A stretch of DNA of 64,000 bases from Eledone cirrhosa (lineage: Eukaryota): the NCBI GenBank assembly GCA_964016885.1, contig OZ024743.1, positions 6,696,001-6,760,000 on the forward strand, read 5' to 3'. The notes below the pieces were generated by a model. That model saw nothing but the letters and a program-made list of their open reading frames with translations. It ran no database searches and was not told the DNA's origin. The position numbers and the translations under genes were made by a program. Below, piece by piece: positions 29,157 to 43,132 of the stretch (its first letter is position 1; each line of letters begins with the position of its first letter).

Positions 29157-31386
29157 TCAAAACATATGCAGTTGCCACCAAACATATGCATGTGTAAGTA
29201 AATATTTAAATATCGAACATTACCAACCAGTTGATTGTCTTACTCGGACAAGAGACCGTTTCCAAATTTAATTATAAATACTTCAAAAGAACTGCCTTTG
29301 GCGTTGTCTGCAAATTTTATACGATACTTTTACTTGGAATAACATTTCAGTGAGATTAGGCATATCTTTTGCTTTAATTCGTTTAACGAATAAACATTTA
29401 ATGCTCATTATAAAAGTTCATATCTACAAATCCTTTTATAATATTAAACATTTTAAGTATTCCACGCAATTTTCTGAATATAAATTTTGGTAATTCGTTG
29501 CTATATACGTTTTTGTCTATCTTCTTCTGCATACTGACATTCAGATAATATCCGACCATAGACTGTGTTGTTTGAAAACATCACTGACTTATCCAAAAAT
29601 ACTTCCCATCATTTCCAGTATTCTATTTGCACTCTATCTGTATATAGTTAGGCAGATTATTTTAAAGAGACTTGTATTCTGAAAATAACTACCTTAATTT
29701 TTAAACCTATTAAATTACTGTTTAACTATTCTTTTTTACGACGTTCATATTTTAAGAGAAGTATTATGACTTCACACAAAGTTGTTTGTTTTATTTTTGT
29801 TTTTTGTTATTTCGCCATAAAATTATAAATTGTTTTCACAACCGCCCGTGTCTTCATTTTTTTTCACTGGGAACATTTTTGTTTCATTAAATAATTTCAT
29901 AGATGTGGTTTGTTGACGTATTCGATTCCGCTATATGTCGTTTGCTTATATAACACTGGATATCTTTAGAAAATATCTTTGGTTAAGTAACTGAATTATT
30001 AACCAAATCTGCTGCCTTATCCTCATCCCAAATAGCTGTGTACATAATCCTTTACGTCCGAACAAAAGTTATCCAGAATGGATTCTTTTTAAAGAAAATT
30101 TCATATTTTTTTTTAGATTTAAGATTGTAAGAGAATGTTTAAAATAAAGATGATTAATTATCAGATAAAATTTGAGATTTTATTTTCGAATTAATTAAAA
30201 ATATTTTCGAATTAATTAAAGGTAATTTCTAATTATATGTTATGGTGTCGACGTATTTGTCAGACTTTCTCTCTGAAAATATTATAATGGCAAAATAATA
30301 TCTTGTAGTTTCCCATATCTAACTCTTGAAGGTTTGTCTGAATCTGTTGAAATGTATTCCTTTTCTTTGCGTTCAACTGATTTTCTTTTCTTTTTTTTCA
30401 TTTTATTTTCCTATAGTATTTCATCTTTTCTTTAACGTGTGTAAGATACTTTGTATTTCCGTAATAGGTTTCATCTCTTTCTGTAGTATTGAAATTGTGT
30501 TACTTTCCGTATATATTTATCTTATATCATACATTTTGTGAATAGCGTTGTTAGTTACGTTTCCAATTAAGTAATTATTGGTTGTCTATATTTCTGACAT
30601 AACAAAATGCTGCAAGTGATTCCGATCGTCACTGAACATTTACTGTCACTCCAGCACAACATCACATATTTCCTAATAGCAAGAAATATTTTGCACATAC
30701 CAAGAGAATAGCACTTCATGAAAACATGAACCACATGCAACTTGAAACCTCACACGATCTAGCCTAACAAACATACATATTCAACATAGCAAAGGCGAAG
30801 TCTCAAGGATCAGCCTCCCTCGCAACAGGGAACACCATTGTTAACTTGAAAGAAAACAGCTGTATGTTATGCACATAACATATTTATTCCTGTCCCAGTC
30901 TTTCAGTTATACTCAATTCTTTCACATTGAAAAATTATTGGAAAGCAAACTGTAAACAAAAAAAATACGAATAGCCATTAGTGTATGCGAAACCGACTGT
31001 TCCGAATTCCAAAATGAATAACGTACAAGTCTTTTATTTTCGAGATTTTGCTTGGCTAAAGATAATAGAGTTAATAGTAAAGCTGGATTGTTTGCAGTCT
31101 CTATTCTGTTATATTATATTCAAGCACACATGAAGAGCTAAAGCTCCTAGAGCGAGCTAATAAAATAGCTGTCAAGTGACTGTTGTTGTTGCTTTCCTGC
31201 TAAGTTAAATGAGACCATTTTGTTAAGTGCTTGGGCCATTTTGAATCACTGGGATTGTCATCCAATGCCATATCCAAGTCGGCTATCTGTAACTCCAAGT
31301 AAAGAACCAGTGATCAGATTATGTGTACGTTGAAAAACATTAAAAATTATAAAGAGTAAAGGAGTAACTAAGTGTGTATATTTAAT

Positions 31387-31574
31387 TGTTTCTACTTTTG
31401 ACACAAGGCCAGCAATTACCGAGTGCATTACTGGTACTTTATTTTATCGACTCCGTAAGGATGAAAAGCAAAGTTAACCTCAGCGGGATTTGAACTCAGA
31501 ATGGAAAGGGCCGTAACTCTACGCGTCAAATCATGGCGTCCGACCCTCTACCGATACTGCCAATCCATCACCCC
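31387..31574 (-). mobile_element. Nin-domain SINE, short-tail family, with 17-bp TSD
   Basis: Reverse complement of the 207-397 family. TSD AAGTG(T/C)GTATATTTAAT at 31370-31386 and 31575-31591. Confidence 0.9.
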
Positions 31575-32837
31575 AAGTGCGTATATTTAATAAATAGTGA
31601 ATATGACTCTATAACATTTTTTTCATAGAAAACTAAGCAACTATTGTTGGTGTCAATACAATCGCCTATTTTCTTCTCCTAAAATGTGTGGCCGTGAATC
31701 AATGTGAAAAAAATAATGTTTCATTTAACTTGTTTAATCATAAAGAGTAATAAGGCAAATATTCCATTTAAAAAGTGATAGTAATCTAGTTTACTTTGTG
31801 CCAGAAATGCCACTCACAGAAATACAGAAAAATTTGGTGATTTATTAATGATTAATAATTGATACTCATCGAAATAAATTTACCTGGATTTCAAATGAAA
31901 TATTTTTCTGTCTTTCTTCCTAAAATTTGATTTAGCATACTTTTCTGCTATTTTGATTTTACTTTTGGTCCATTCCATTTTTGTTTTAACGCTGTTCGTA
32001 ATAGAATTCGTGATACATAGAAATTAGAATACAGTTATTTTTTAAAAATGTAAAGTCAATCTATTTTCCGTGTGTAAATTGGAAGAAATATCAACTCTTC
32101 CAGTATATGCCATTTATCATTATAGAGAAAACAGATAAGAAAAAGAAACAGTCCATATGTTATTATCAGAGAATTCTGTTAATAATAAATGACAGGAGTG
32201 GGTAGGTCGCTTTGTGGTTTCTGGGGCGAATGGAGATTGATATTGAACGGAAATGCCTGTCATCCGCAAAAAAATGATAAAGAAAGAAGCAGTAGCAAGG
32301 GGAGTGTGTGTTAGCCAGTATATGTATCTGTGTGCGGGGGAAATAAAAAGAGAAAGAGGAAAACTTAGAGGAAAATTAAAGGGCGTTGTTTTCTAGAGGA
32401 GCGACGATGTTCAGAAAAGAATCAATCGTTGTTTACAAATGAGTCTGGTGTGATGTAAACTATAGTGCTGAATCAACCAAAGAGGCCAGGGAAGAGGGGG
32501 AAGTGAAGTCAGGAATAGAAAGAGTGTGTAACATCTATAAGAAGCTCACAGTATTGCGACGTAAATCAAGCAAGGGGTTTCTCTGAATCGATCTGCTAAT
32601 CAAACATATATACAAAGCTTTGCAAAGTTAGCATTGTATGCAATAACATTGCTGGAGGCGGTCACGTAAAACAGGTCGGGACTTGGGAAGTTCTTTCTTT
32701 ATAATTCCACTAATTTACGTGGTCCTAAATCCAAATACCATGTCGCAACATGTTTCGCCTATACTGTTATTTATTGAATAAAATGTCAACTTTGCAATAC
32801 TTTTTTAACCTCGCAAGCTGGAATGGATCATCCATCC

Positions 32838-32905
32838 ACCATCCTCCGAAGAAACGCCTTCTCTATTCTGTCAGTGGGTGTCGCGGACTGGCTAGCGCGT
32901 GGGCC
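32838..32905 (+). mobile_element. Tiny 3'-end fragment of the CRE family seen at 18.1-19.1 kb
   Basis: TILRRNAFSILSVG versus TILRRNVFSILSAG, with matching nucleotide similarity. Confidence 0.7.
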
Positions 32906-35031
32906 CTATTTTCTCATAATAGAGAGAGTTGGAGAGAATGGGAAAGACGGAAGCAGTGACAGTGGGAGTTTGGTTCCTTTGTGTTTGTTCGAACCTCAGG
33001 TCACAACAATATCAGAAACAATAACAATCTTAACAACAACCATGGCAAAGTTACAGACAGAAAGTGCCGTTATTATCTACTTTCCCAGCATCACAGATCT
33101 GCAAAGAATTCATTAAAAAAGCACAACACTTCAAACCTTGTACAAAAACATCATCAATATCAAAAGCAACTTCATGACTAAAGTATTTTATCATCATACA
33201 TCGATATTAATATAGAAATGATTCAGGAAACAATACCGAACACCCTTCAATTAAAATTGCACTTAGATCAGAATATGTAGTGTTCATCACAACGGAGAAG
33301 ATCATAAAATCCTTCATTCATTACTTAAATATCACAAATTATATTCGTAAACCAATAAAAGATGACAACACATTGTGTGTGCGGGGGGGGGGGGGGGGGG
33401 GGGCATCGCGTAACAATACATATTTAGGTATATGTGTTCTCACATGTAGACGCACGTCCTTTACCATAGTGTTGTGTCCCTAAACGAAGTTTATTTCCTT
33501 TAATAGTTACAATGTAATTTATCTGCAGTATGTATACAATGAGATATGATTAAAATATATACGTTGTAATGTTTCACAGACCACACATTTAAGAGACTGA
33601 AATCCTTACTAATGCATTTTTATTTTGGTACAGTATTTAAGTAAATAAACTGAAAAATCAAATATCTCCTTGCAAGCTCGAATCGTTCTTCCTCATAGAA
33701 AGAAATTTTGCCTTTTAATTATCACCGACCTGCTACACTGCGCACTCATGGAATAGAGGTTATGGAATGTCCGAGGATGGATAAATAAAACTGTTTTATT
33801 CGGGAACTGATGTGGATGCAAGGCTGTTTATTACTGGTTCATATCCCATCTTTAGTTAATTACGTTGAAGGTCATAATTCTGAATCGAATAAACGTTGTA
33901 AGAATTCATTGAATTAAATAAACCACCGGTCAAAATATGTCGGTGCCAGTTTCTTTTACGTGTCAGAAATGTAATTTTCTTTTTCATACATTTGTATACA
34001 TTGATAGCTACATTACGAAATATACGCTCATATACTTACACTAACAAAAAACCATCCGGTTCTGCTAGTTTGTTGTGAACAATTTGTAATGTTATTTATA
34101 TAACTGTAAATAAAATATAATAAGTTTACAATATTTATAACAATAATTTCATTCTTATTCCTGGATATATGATTGTTTCCATATTGGGCTTTTTGGTTAT
34201 TCCAGCGTGCCAGCCTCGCCATCACCCGTATTATTATATCTCTTTTTATACAACAGTGAATAAAGTAAAAAATAAAGCCAAATGTTGTAATGTTTTTATT
34301 CAGTAATTCACTGGGACATGTTGCGGTGGCCTTAAGGGATAAGAATATTACTACATTTCGTTTATAAATTAAGGTTCCTAGTCCTAATATAGTCTGGTAA
34401 ATATACGCAACTAAAGATAACGATCTGAAATCAAACCTATCGAAACATTGTGTAGATATAAATATTGTAAATATACATTTTAAATATGAAAGTGATAGTC
34501 CAGTGAATTATAATCTTATAAACAACACTTATCTGAAATATTTAAGCAGTTAATCAATCTTTTATGAGCGATTTGATTATTTTTATCTAAATTAAATGTT
34601 TTAGTGTGCATACATGTTTTGTTGTTGTTTATGGTTTGGTTCAATGTTATAAAAATAAAGGACAATAAATACACTTGAGTATGTTGTTTGAATTTATTTC
34701 TTCGGTGAATAATTTATCGTTGCCATAATTATCAATTATTTTCTTCAACGTCACTACTATATTTGCAACTTCCCCCAAGAGAAATCTATAACATTTTATT
34801 TTTTAACGGCTAGCTTGATTATCTCATTCTTGATTAATCTATATTAAATCTCTGGTAAAAAAATTTAAAGATTCCCTCTTGCAAAAATGTATTAATTAAA
34901 TTTAAAATGTGTATAGTAACGTTAGATTGAATGCATTCAGAAAATAATATTATATCAAATCTATTTAACTTAAAATTAAAATAATTATTACATTTTATAT
35001 CTAGATTTTTTAAACGTTATATTCCCTGAAA

Positions 35032-35285
35032 ACGGCGATTTACCAGTCATTAGAACGTAGGCTTTGCGTTGTTCATTCCAGCTATCCTCTGAGTTCAAAT
35101 CCCTTCATGGTCAAGTTTGCCTTTCTTCTTCTCGAAGTCGAGTTCAGTACTGAAGTAGATTTTTCCTCCGTGTTACCTTATTTTCTCTCTCTCTCTGGAA
35201 GAAATCAGTTATGATCAAACCTGGAGATAGATAGGCTCCACCAAGTTTATACAACGGTACCGCTACGACTCCATCAGGATTTATG
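35032..35285 (+). mobile_element. Diverged Nin-domain SINE, long-tail family
   Basis: CTCTGAGTTCAAATCCC...TTTGCCTTTC...CTCTGGAAGAAATC...GGCTCCACCAAGTTTA matches the other long-tail copies. Confidence 0.7.
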
Positions 35286-35905
35286 TGTCTTTGGCATGGT
35301 AATGTTTCCTGAAATATTCAAAAACACAAAAATGGGCACACTTTCATGCGTGTATGTAAATAGTATTGTTCATTTTATTCGAAGGGTTAGGGTTAGGGTA
35401 AACGAAATCAAATTTGTCTGCAAAATGGAGCGAATATTAAAATATTGATGGGATCCATGAATTCTAATTTAATGTTGAAGTAATTATATTTAAAAATTAA
35501 ATATTACCTATTTTATACATGAAATAGCAATTAATGTTCTGTATGCATTTTAAGCAGAAATCTTATTATTTTTATCTTTATTTATTTATATATTTTAGTC
35601 AGATTGTTATATAACCTATACACTTGATACAATCAAATAAAATTTGAAGCAATTTTTTCAGAAAATATTCATATTTAGAAAATTATTTCATAAATAACAT
35701 AACAAGGGCTTTAATTCTTCTTTATTGTATAATAATGTATATATGCAAACACTCAAAAACAAACGAAAAGTCTCAAACAGATGTAATATCGAATTGGAAA
35801 ACGTTTTTAAGTCTTATGAAATGGACATCCGCTAGTCTCGATATAACTGACAGTAAACTATCATAAACGTAAAATGTAACTGATATTTGTAATTTATATA
35901 TATAT

Positions 35906-36350
35906 ACTTGGTGCGGCAATAAAGTCTTTAGAATAATTCTTTAAATAAAAATATTGAACACTAAAATTTATTTATTCTGCAAAACATAATCTCCATCATT
36001 GAATGCAATAACATCTTTACAGTGCTTATACAAACTTTTAACTCTTTCTGGAACCATTCCTTCGGCAATTTTCTAAACCAGCACAGCGATTCATCTACCA
36101 CCTCTTCTAAACAAATTTTCAAAGATGTTGCTATAATAACCTGAACGCCCAACTATCGCACAAATTTCAGTCAGGACTATAGGGTGATTGTTTGATTATT
36201 GCCATTCTTCTCCTCTGGAAAACATTTTTGTGGATTGGGGAGTTCGATGCGTGTATTATAAACTCACAAGAATGACAGCAAAATAATTATGCATAGGCCT
36301 GTGACAAAATACAGCATTCATACAGAATATCACACGCGAACATTAAAGTT
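35906..36350 (-). pseudogene. Mariner transposase C-terminal remnant with terminus
   Basis: Minus strand gives PYSPD...CDSWAF (YSPDLAPxDF motif) and WFRKLPKEWFQ, then ends at a TA-bounded TIR-like sequence near 35906. Confidence 0.7.
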
Positions 36351-36429
36351 CAAATTCCAACTAATATTAACTACATTTTGCCACACCCCTATCGTTTTCC
36401 ACGGTGAGTGTTCCAGTTGTTCTATCAAT

Positions 36430-36722
36430 GAAACAGCCTGCTCCTAAAATTAAGATGCAAATGGCTGGGCACTTCATAGGCCGGAATCTTTAACATAATT
36501 CTCAGGGAGATTCAACATGGTACTATAAGTGACAGTGCAGGTGTTTTAAATTATAACTACAGTCCGTCCGACGGGCTTCCAACCAGTTTTCATCTATCCA
36601 ATTTCACTTACAAATCTTGAGTCAATCCTCGTAAAACAAAAACATTTGCCTAACATGCCAAGCGGTAGTTCCGAACCCAGAACCTAATGATTCCAAAGAG
36701 AGCTTCGTAACCATTCGGCTAT
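36430..36722 (-). mobile_element. Old octopus-type (OR/OK-like) tRNA-derived SINE
   Basis: GACGGGCTTC...CAGTTTTCATCTATCCAATTTCACTTACAA...GAACCCAGAACC...AGCTTC is the reverse complement of the family at 47685-47890. Confidence 0.6.
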
Positions 36723-38645
36723 TTTCTAGAATAGTGGCTATAACACACTGACGGGGAACATCTTGTTCTTCATTCAAGCGACCACTTCACAACAAAATTG
36801 CTGCATTCTGTTCTTACTGTCACACTATCCTTTTATATCCAATCAATCACTGCATGACGGAATATAAAATATAGTACCAGATCAATATGACGAATGAAAT
36901 ATTCATCATACTAGATTGACTGTTTCCGTGTCATAGCTTTGCTCAAGCAAAGCTGACCAAACAATATCCACAAATATATTACTGTGATATGATCCAAACG
37001 AAAAAGTTAGAGTCATCATACTCAACGCAGTGAAGAAAATTCTTATACATTAAGAAGAAAATATTAGCATAATGATTAATATTATTTTACAAATACGAAT
37101 GGAAACTCGGGACGTGTTTCGGTCTTAATAGACATCCTTGGTGAAGACTAACCTTCGCCGACATGCTATAGTTTGGTATAAATAAATCTTAAACTTATAT
37201 CCTTATAAAGTATTTAAGATTTTTATTTTTAAAAAACTTACTTTATTAAAGTCCCAGTTAATTATCTTTGTTTGTTGTCGTTTTTACTGAAATATTTGCA
37301 TTAATTTATTTTTTCGGAATTGTTTGTTTTACAATCATTATTCTTCGGGTTGCAAAACATTTAGCTGAAGGAAAATCTAGTATTTATGTTATACGTGAAA
37401 ATTCTTTTGGTAAGCTGTTGGTAAATCAAAAGCTTCCTTTCGACACTAAAAATATGCGGATTTAGTTTCCTGGTGCAATAAAATATCCGTTGGGAACCAT
37501 TGCGTCAAATAACGGAACCATCTTAAGTGCCGACTGATATATTACCAGATAATGTACTTCCGATTCATCTAATGGAGCATGTTAACTGCAAATATGTTGT
37601 TTAATAGTATACCATCTATTAAGTGAACGTTATTCACTTTTGAATTACAATTACACATTATTTAGCACGAAAGAATTGATATTGCCTAGTTATAGACTGA
37701 CCAATAATGCTTCGTCCTTTCTAATTCATATAAAAAGGTGCAGGTTATGTAGAAACATAATTTTAACGATATCATATATTTGGTATAAAACACTAGAATA
37801 TGAGTGAAAGTTGAATAAGCCAAAAGGTAAGAGAATTAACTGAATATTTTATTAAATTAGAAGAAAAATGGGTACACGTCGTTTTAAACCATATTCATTA
37901 GGTGATTTGTTTATCTAGCTTTATTCTTCTTTTAAAATGCCAACACACACTTTATATATTCTTAAGTGTTTTGTGTAAACAGTTAATTTATCAATTATCA
38001 TTTTATTTTCAAAATTGCCGAGCTATATATTCTTCCTTGGGGCTCTATATTATTGATGATTGATCCGTAAAAAAAAAAGTGCTAAAGTAACTTTAATATA
38101 GTAGACATGATCCTGGATGAGTTCGTAAACTTTAGGACCAATAGATTCTTAACTCGAATCAAAAACTTGGGGCATAAAATTTCCAGTCAAAATTAGCATG
38201 CTTGTAGGCATAACGCTCTTTTCCATTTGCATAGCTTAAGTTGCCACAAACACACTGATTGATTCGTTATGCATACTCAGTTGCCCTATTTATGAAATTA
38301 AATTATCATAATATGAATATGAAATCAATTCTAAGTATTTTTCTGTTTTCACAAAAATACATTGCCTTGAACACTGTTTACCTTGTTTGTATGGCTCTAA
38401 ACCAGGACTAGATTAACCGTCAATGAAAATAATCGCATGCTTAGTGCATCAAAGGAAGAGGGGCACCATCGTATTCAACTTTATTGTATTTATCATTCCC
38501 ATTTATTTTTTTTATTTTGTACACTTTATACATGAGAAGAATCATAGACTTTAAGCGCTTAATCCGACCCTGATCTATCTATATATATATATATATATTG
38601 ATAGATTATTTTACTATTGCATTTCTTGTGTGTGTGTGTGTATAT

Positions 38646-38697
38646 ACAGTTGTCCCCCGGTATTCACGGGGGTTATGTTCCTAGAGCACCCGCGAAG
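38646..38697 (+). mobile_element. Tigger/pogo-like terminal fragment
   Basis: TA followed by CAGTTGTCCCCCGGTATTCACGGGGGTTATGTTCC resembles pogo-family ends; partner end not found. Confidence 0.45.
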
Positions 38698-40791
38698 AGT
38701 GACCGTTTGATTTGAAAAGTGGAGTAAAGCAAAAGGAGAGTCAAATGAATTTGAAGTATCAATCCCTTGTGCGTTTAAATTTTTTTTTTGGGGGGGGGGG
38801 GGGGGGGGCTATACCGGACTTCCAGTTTTCCAGGATTTATAGATTCATTTTTAGCAACATAATTCTATGAGAAACTGTTAACATTGTGTACTTATGTGTG
38901 AGAATAATGTAATCTCGCAAGTGTGTATTTTATCCTGCGTCCGACACTGAGAAACAACATTGATGTTACAGATGTTTAGAACAGTAATAATCAATTTAAA
39001 GTGGATTAAATTTGGAGCTGAAATTGTTCGTTGGATATAAAGCCAAAACAAGAAGTTAAGAAAATATATTAATCATTTTCTTACCATATTTCCAATGAAA
39101 TACACCGCCTTTTATTTTCATATAAGTTTGAAAATAACCAAGAATTTTAAAGGATTTAGTAATATTTTTACATTATTAAGCTTGTTTGGAACACATTTTA
39201 ACAAAGGTTCTTACATATAATTATAACTGAAGATGTTCACATAAACTTAAACACTTTGAAATAAATAACCATAGGCGGTTTATTATCAAAAGAGTTAAGA
39301 AAACACTGATTAATTGTTTAGTTATTCAAATAGTGTTTGCTGTCATAAATATACAATATTTGCGTAGGAGTTGTTCACTATATAGCTTGAAGACATATAA
39401 ATATACTGGTAGTGTGTGTGTGTAGTTGTAGTAGCGGTGGTGGTGGTGGTAGTAGTAGTAGTGGTGGTAGTAGTTTAACCCCTAGTCAGCCTCGATCAAG
39501 AATTTCTATAATAAAAGACTTCCAGATGTGATCATACAAACTTTTTCAGGCATAGTGTATCAAGGACTACTCTATCTAATGTGTCCTGTTTTAAGATAGT
39601 AGGGTGTAATTTGGCGAGGATTTGGCTACAAATTTCTAGCAGGTTAAGCAACTATGTAAAATCTCCTTCTTTGACTCCACGCAGTGTGTGGTCATAAAGG
39701 AAAGGTTGTTGCGATGTGGTTGCTAGCTAATTAAAATAGTTTCTCCCACATGGCCAATAGAACAAAACCTCTCGTCTTTTCTTTTATATAGTATGCCTGT
39801 GTATGTTATTTGGTGTTTTTGTAAAGGTTTATAAGATGTGCTTATATGTATGAACCAGTGTGTACATTTAGGTATAAAAGTGCGAGTGTATATATGCGTT
39901 TTCTCATGGATACTTAATTGACAGGGAAAATTACATTGATTACAGACTGAAGTCATTTAACAAATTTCATCCTCTTCAACAGCCAAAGAACACAGTTTGA
40001 CAGTATAACCACAAGAAATTATATATAAGTTGATAATATATTTAAATAATAAACTTGATTTGTTTAGATGTATTAATAAATGTTACTGAAAAGAGTACGT
40101 CTCACGGCTGGTTCTTGTATTGGATGGCATGAAACATTATTTTTTGTAAATTGTAGTTGCATTCGACATTTTAGAAAATCACTTTTGATCTCTCTCGTAT
40201 TTTTACAGATGCCGCTATGCAGAGTTCTTTTTTGTCGTTTCCTTATCTCCAACCAGCAAAGAAGTGGGCTGAAGAGGGTTAATCTATTTTTGCTGCCATA
40301 TGATGTTTGCTATGAGCAGTTTTTCCCCAATATTAAAATGAGTGTAGATGTTGTTCAGATTATAAACACGATAAATTTCCCAATGTGTGTATTTGTGTAC
40401 TTTTATGAGTGTGTATATGTGGGGGGGGGGGGAGAAATTACTATTCTAGTTAGAGCGTACATGTGGTGTCAGCAACAATTTAGAACGGAAATATTATCTG
40501 CTTATGACAAACGAAACTAAACCTTGATAAATGTGTGATCACCATGAAAGAGCTAGCCGTATATTTGTAGAATCTAAAATGTTTTAAGCTATGTAATTCA
40601 TAGGTAACTATGAATTACATATCTCCGTCAAGCTCCATCCTACTGCATAAAGAATGTGGGATGGTCGCGATCGGAAAGCATCTGATAATAGGTATGCTTA
40701 TCTGAGCCAAACAAACACATCAAAACGTAATTATTAAAGTAGTTTTACAGATTTCCAATAAATTTAATGTAAATTACCGGTGACAAAGTTT

Positions 40792-40984
40792 AATAATTGT
40801 TTCTACTTTTGGCACAAGGCCAGCAATTACCCAGTGTATTACTGGTACTTTATTTTATCGACCCTGTAAGGATGAAAGGCAAAGTTAACCTCGACGGGAT
40901 TTGAACTCAGACCATAAAGGGCCGTAACTCTTTGTTGCAAAGCATGGCGTCCGACCCTCTACCGATACTGCCAATCCACCGCCC
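40792..40984 (-). mobile_element. Nin-domain SINE, short-tail family, full length
   Basis: Reverse complement of the 207-397 family. Confidence 0.9.
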
Positions 40985-41295
40985 TAATAATGAATATGAC
41001 TATGTGACGACTCCATCAGTATCGAATTGTTTTATCATATTAATCGCTTTGTTAGACATAGCAGTATTATATGGAAAAAATATGACTATCTTCCTGGTTA
41101 TATGGATATAGGATGATGAAAGACATTCATATTAAACATAAAAAGGAAGAAAAGTACCTAAGAAATGAAAAATATGACTACCAAACATGTCACAATTTTA
41201 TGGAATTTCAAAAAAGTTATCCCACATATAATCTCACTCTTACTTGCAGCCAAATATATTTGGAAACACCATTCTATATATATATATATATTAGA

Positions 41296-41474
41296 AATTA
41301 GAAATTAGAAATTATAAGCTTTCACCGTGTTTTAGACTAAAGATGAGTGTTGCCGTACATGTACGGCAACACTCATCTTTTTCCATTTCTCCGAGGGTTA
41401 TAAACCCCACTATCAGGCTAGAAATTTCTTTAGTCTAAAACACGGTGAAAGCTTATAATTTCTAATTTCTAATT
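41296..41474. repeat. Nested palindrome in (TA)n
   Basis: Perfect 48-bp outer arms 41296-41343/41427-41474 and a perfect loopless 42-bp palindrome 41339-41380. Confidence 0.9.
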
Positions 41475-41519
41475 TTCAAACTCGCGCACCGTTTCAAAAA
41501 CATACTTACATGTTTACAT

Positions 41520-41588
<69 letters not shown>

Positions 41589-41769
41589 CGGCTGAGTAGC
41601 CTCATTTGCATACCGAGCGAGTTACGGTTGTTCGATATAACCCATATGTACATATATATATGTATATATGTGTGTATGTATATATATATATATGTGTGTG
41701 TATGTGTGTGTACTTAAGAAAATGCTATATATTTTCAACCGTTCAATAGACTGGCAAAGGTATACAGTC

Positions 41770-42069
41770 TTGATGTATCGGAGCTGTGATATCTCAAATT
41801 CAGAGAAGTAGTGGATTTACCTGGAGTGACTCTCTCATCTCCGAGCTACCCACTCTATCGAATAACTTTACTTCAAAGACCCTTCGGAGAACCCCATTTC
41901 GGCCACTTGTATACGCGACCGTATTCTTTCGGTCATCACCCAAGATTCATGATCACCGAATGCTGAAGCTGGCGCATTACTTCACCAGCTCCTGCAATTC
42001 TTGCACTTAATTTAGCCTCCTGATTTTCATCATTCGTAAACACAGCCCAGAGATACTTGAACTTCTCCC
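41770..42069 (-). pseudogene. RTE (Expander/Rex3-like) reverse transcriptase C-terminal fragment
   Basis: Minus-strand translation EKFKYLWAVFTND...HESWVMTERIRSRIQVAEMGF matches the RTE motifs FKYLG and YGxESWxxTxxxxxRIQAAEMxF. Confidence 0.8.
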
Positions 42070-42734
42070 TCAAACTGTTTGGCCTTGGGTCTAAATTAAA
42101 GGTTCTCAACGGGGGGCATATGCCCTCCCCCCCCCCGGCGTTTCGTTGCTCCAGGGGGTGGGTTATGCTGTGAGGGGGCGTTCGGGGGGGGGGCGTTGTG
42201 CAGTAAGGGGGCGTTTGAAACTTTGAGGGCGCTAGAAGCCCCTTTAGTTTGGTAAGTTTGATAAGTCATATTTGTACGTCTATTAGACAGTCATTGATTT
42301 GAATGAAGAAAACGAAGAAAATAAATAAAAGAAGCTGGTCAACGAATTCCCTAGGGAGACAAAAGAAAATCAAAAGAAATCAAAGAGAATGAAAGTAAGG
42401 ACTCCTTCAACAGAAATGAAAAGAAGAAGCAATGGTGGTGAACATACACACACACACATATATACACATACATACACACACACACATATATACACATACA
42501 TACACACACACACATATATTCACACACAGGTCGGCATTAGTGTTTGATGAGGTTGAGAACCTGGTCAGCTTTCAGCCAGAAGTGTGGTATTTAATCTCCC
42601 TAGGTAATAAAATCTGGCGACAAAAATGTTCTCCTTACCAAAAAAAGAAGACATCGATCATATCAACATCCTTACACACTTAAATATAAATGTATGTATA
42701 TATGTATGTATATATATATATATATATATATACG

Positions 42735-42921
42735 TTATTCCGGGTTGAATCGAAGGTAACCACAGTAAGTAAGGTACTCAATACATAGCAGAGTATAACA
42801 GTTTTAATATAGATGAGATTCTACAGGACTAGAACTGTTTCATTCATTAGAAATCAGATTCCTGATGATTTCTAATGAATGAAACAGTTCTAGTCCTGTA
42901 TAATCTCATCTATATTAAAAC

Positions 42922-42922
<1 letters not shown>
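42735..42922. repeat. Palindromic stub in (TA)n with a hammerhead-like core
   Basis: Arms 42800-42856/42866-42922 with one mismatch. CTGATGA-T-TTC-TAAT-GAA-T-GAAAC at 42862-42885. Confidence 0.75.
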
Positions 42923-43017
<95 letters not shown>

Positions 43018-43083
43018 AATCTACATATATCACCCAATATAGAGAGAAATTACATGAATCAAAGGTCAGTTTAAATCATTTAT

Positions 43084-43132
43084 TTGCTTACAATTGTTTC
43101 CTCCAAACCTAGGTTTGGATTCTTCGGAGCAA
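43084..43132 (-). ncRNA. Minimal type-I hammerhead ribozyme, U4C core variant
   Basis: Minus strand TTGCT-CCGAAGA-ATCCAAACCTAGGTTTGGAG-GAAAC-AATT-GTA-AGCAA; mirror of 46826-46874. Confidence 0.8.

Noticed and set aside
35383-35399. AGGGTTAGGGTTAGGGT telomere-like repeat
   Set aside because: Under three units with no associated structure; not evidence of a telomeric fusion.
40185-40340. Strong splice-acceptor-like TCTCTCTCGTATTTTTACAG inside ORF 40080-40520
   Set aside because: No recognisable protein motif, clear donor or partner exon; cannot be supported without RNA data.
42551-42563. GGTTGAGAACCTG, an inverted match to the left Buster TIR that could close a ~470-bp MITE
   Set aside because: It is not followed by GTCTAAAT and lacks subterminal GGGGCGTT repeats, whereas the end at 58450 has both.
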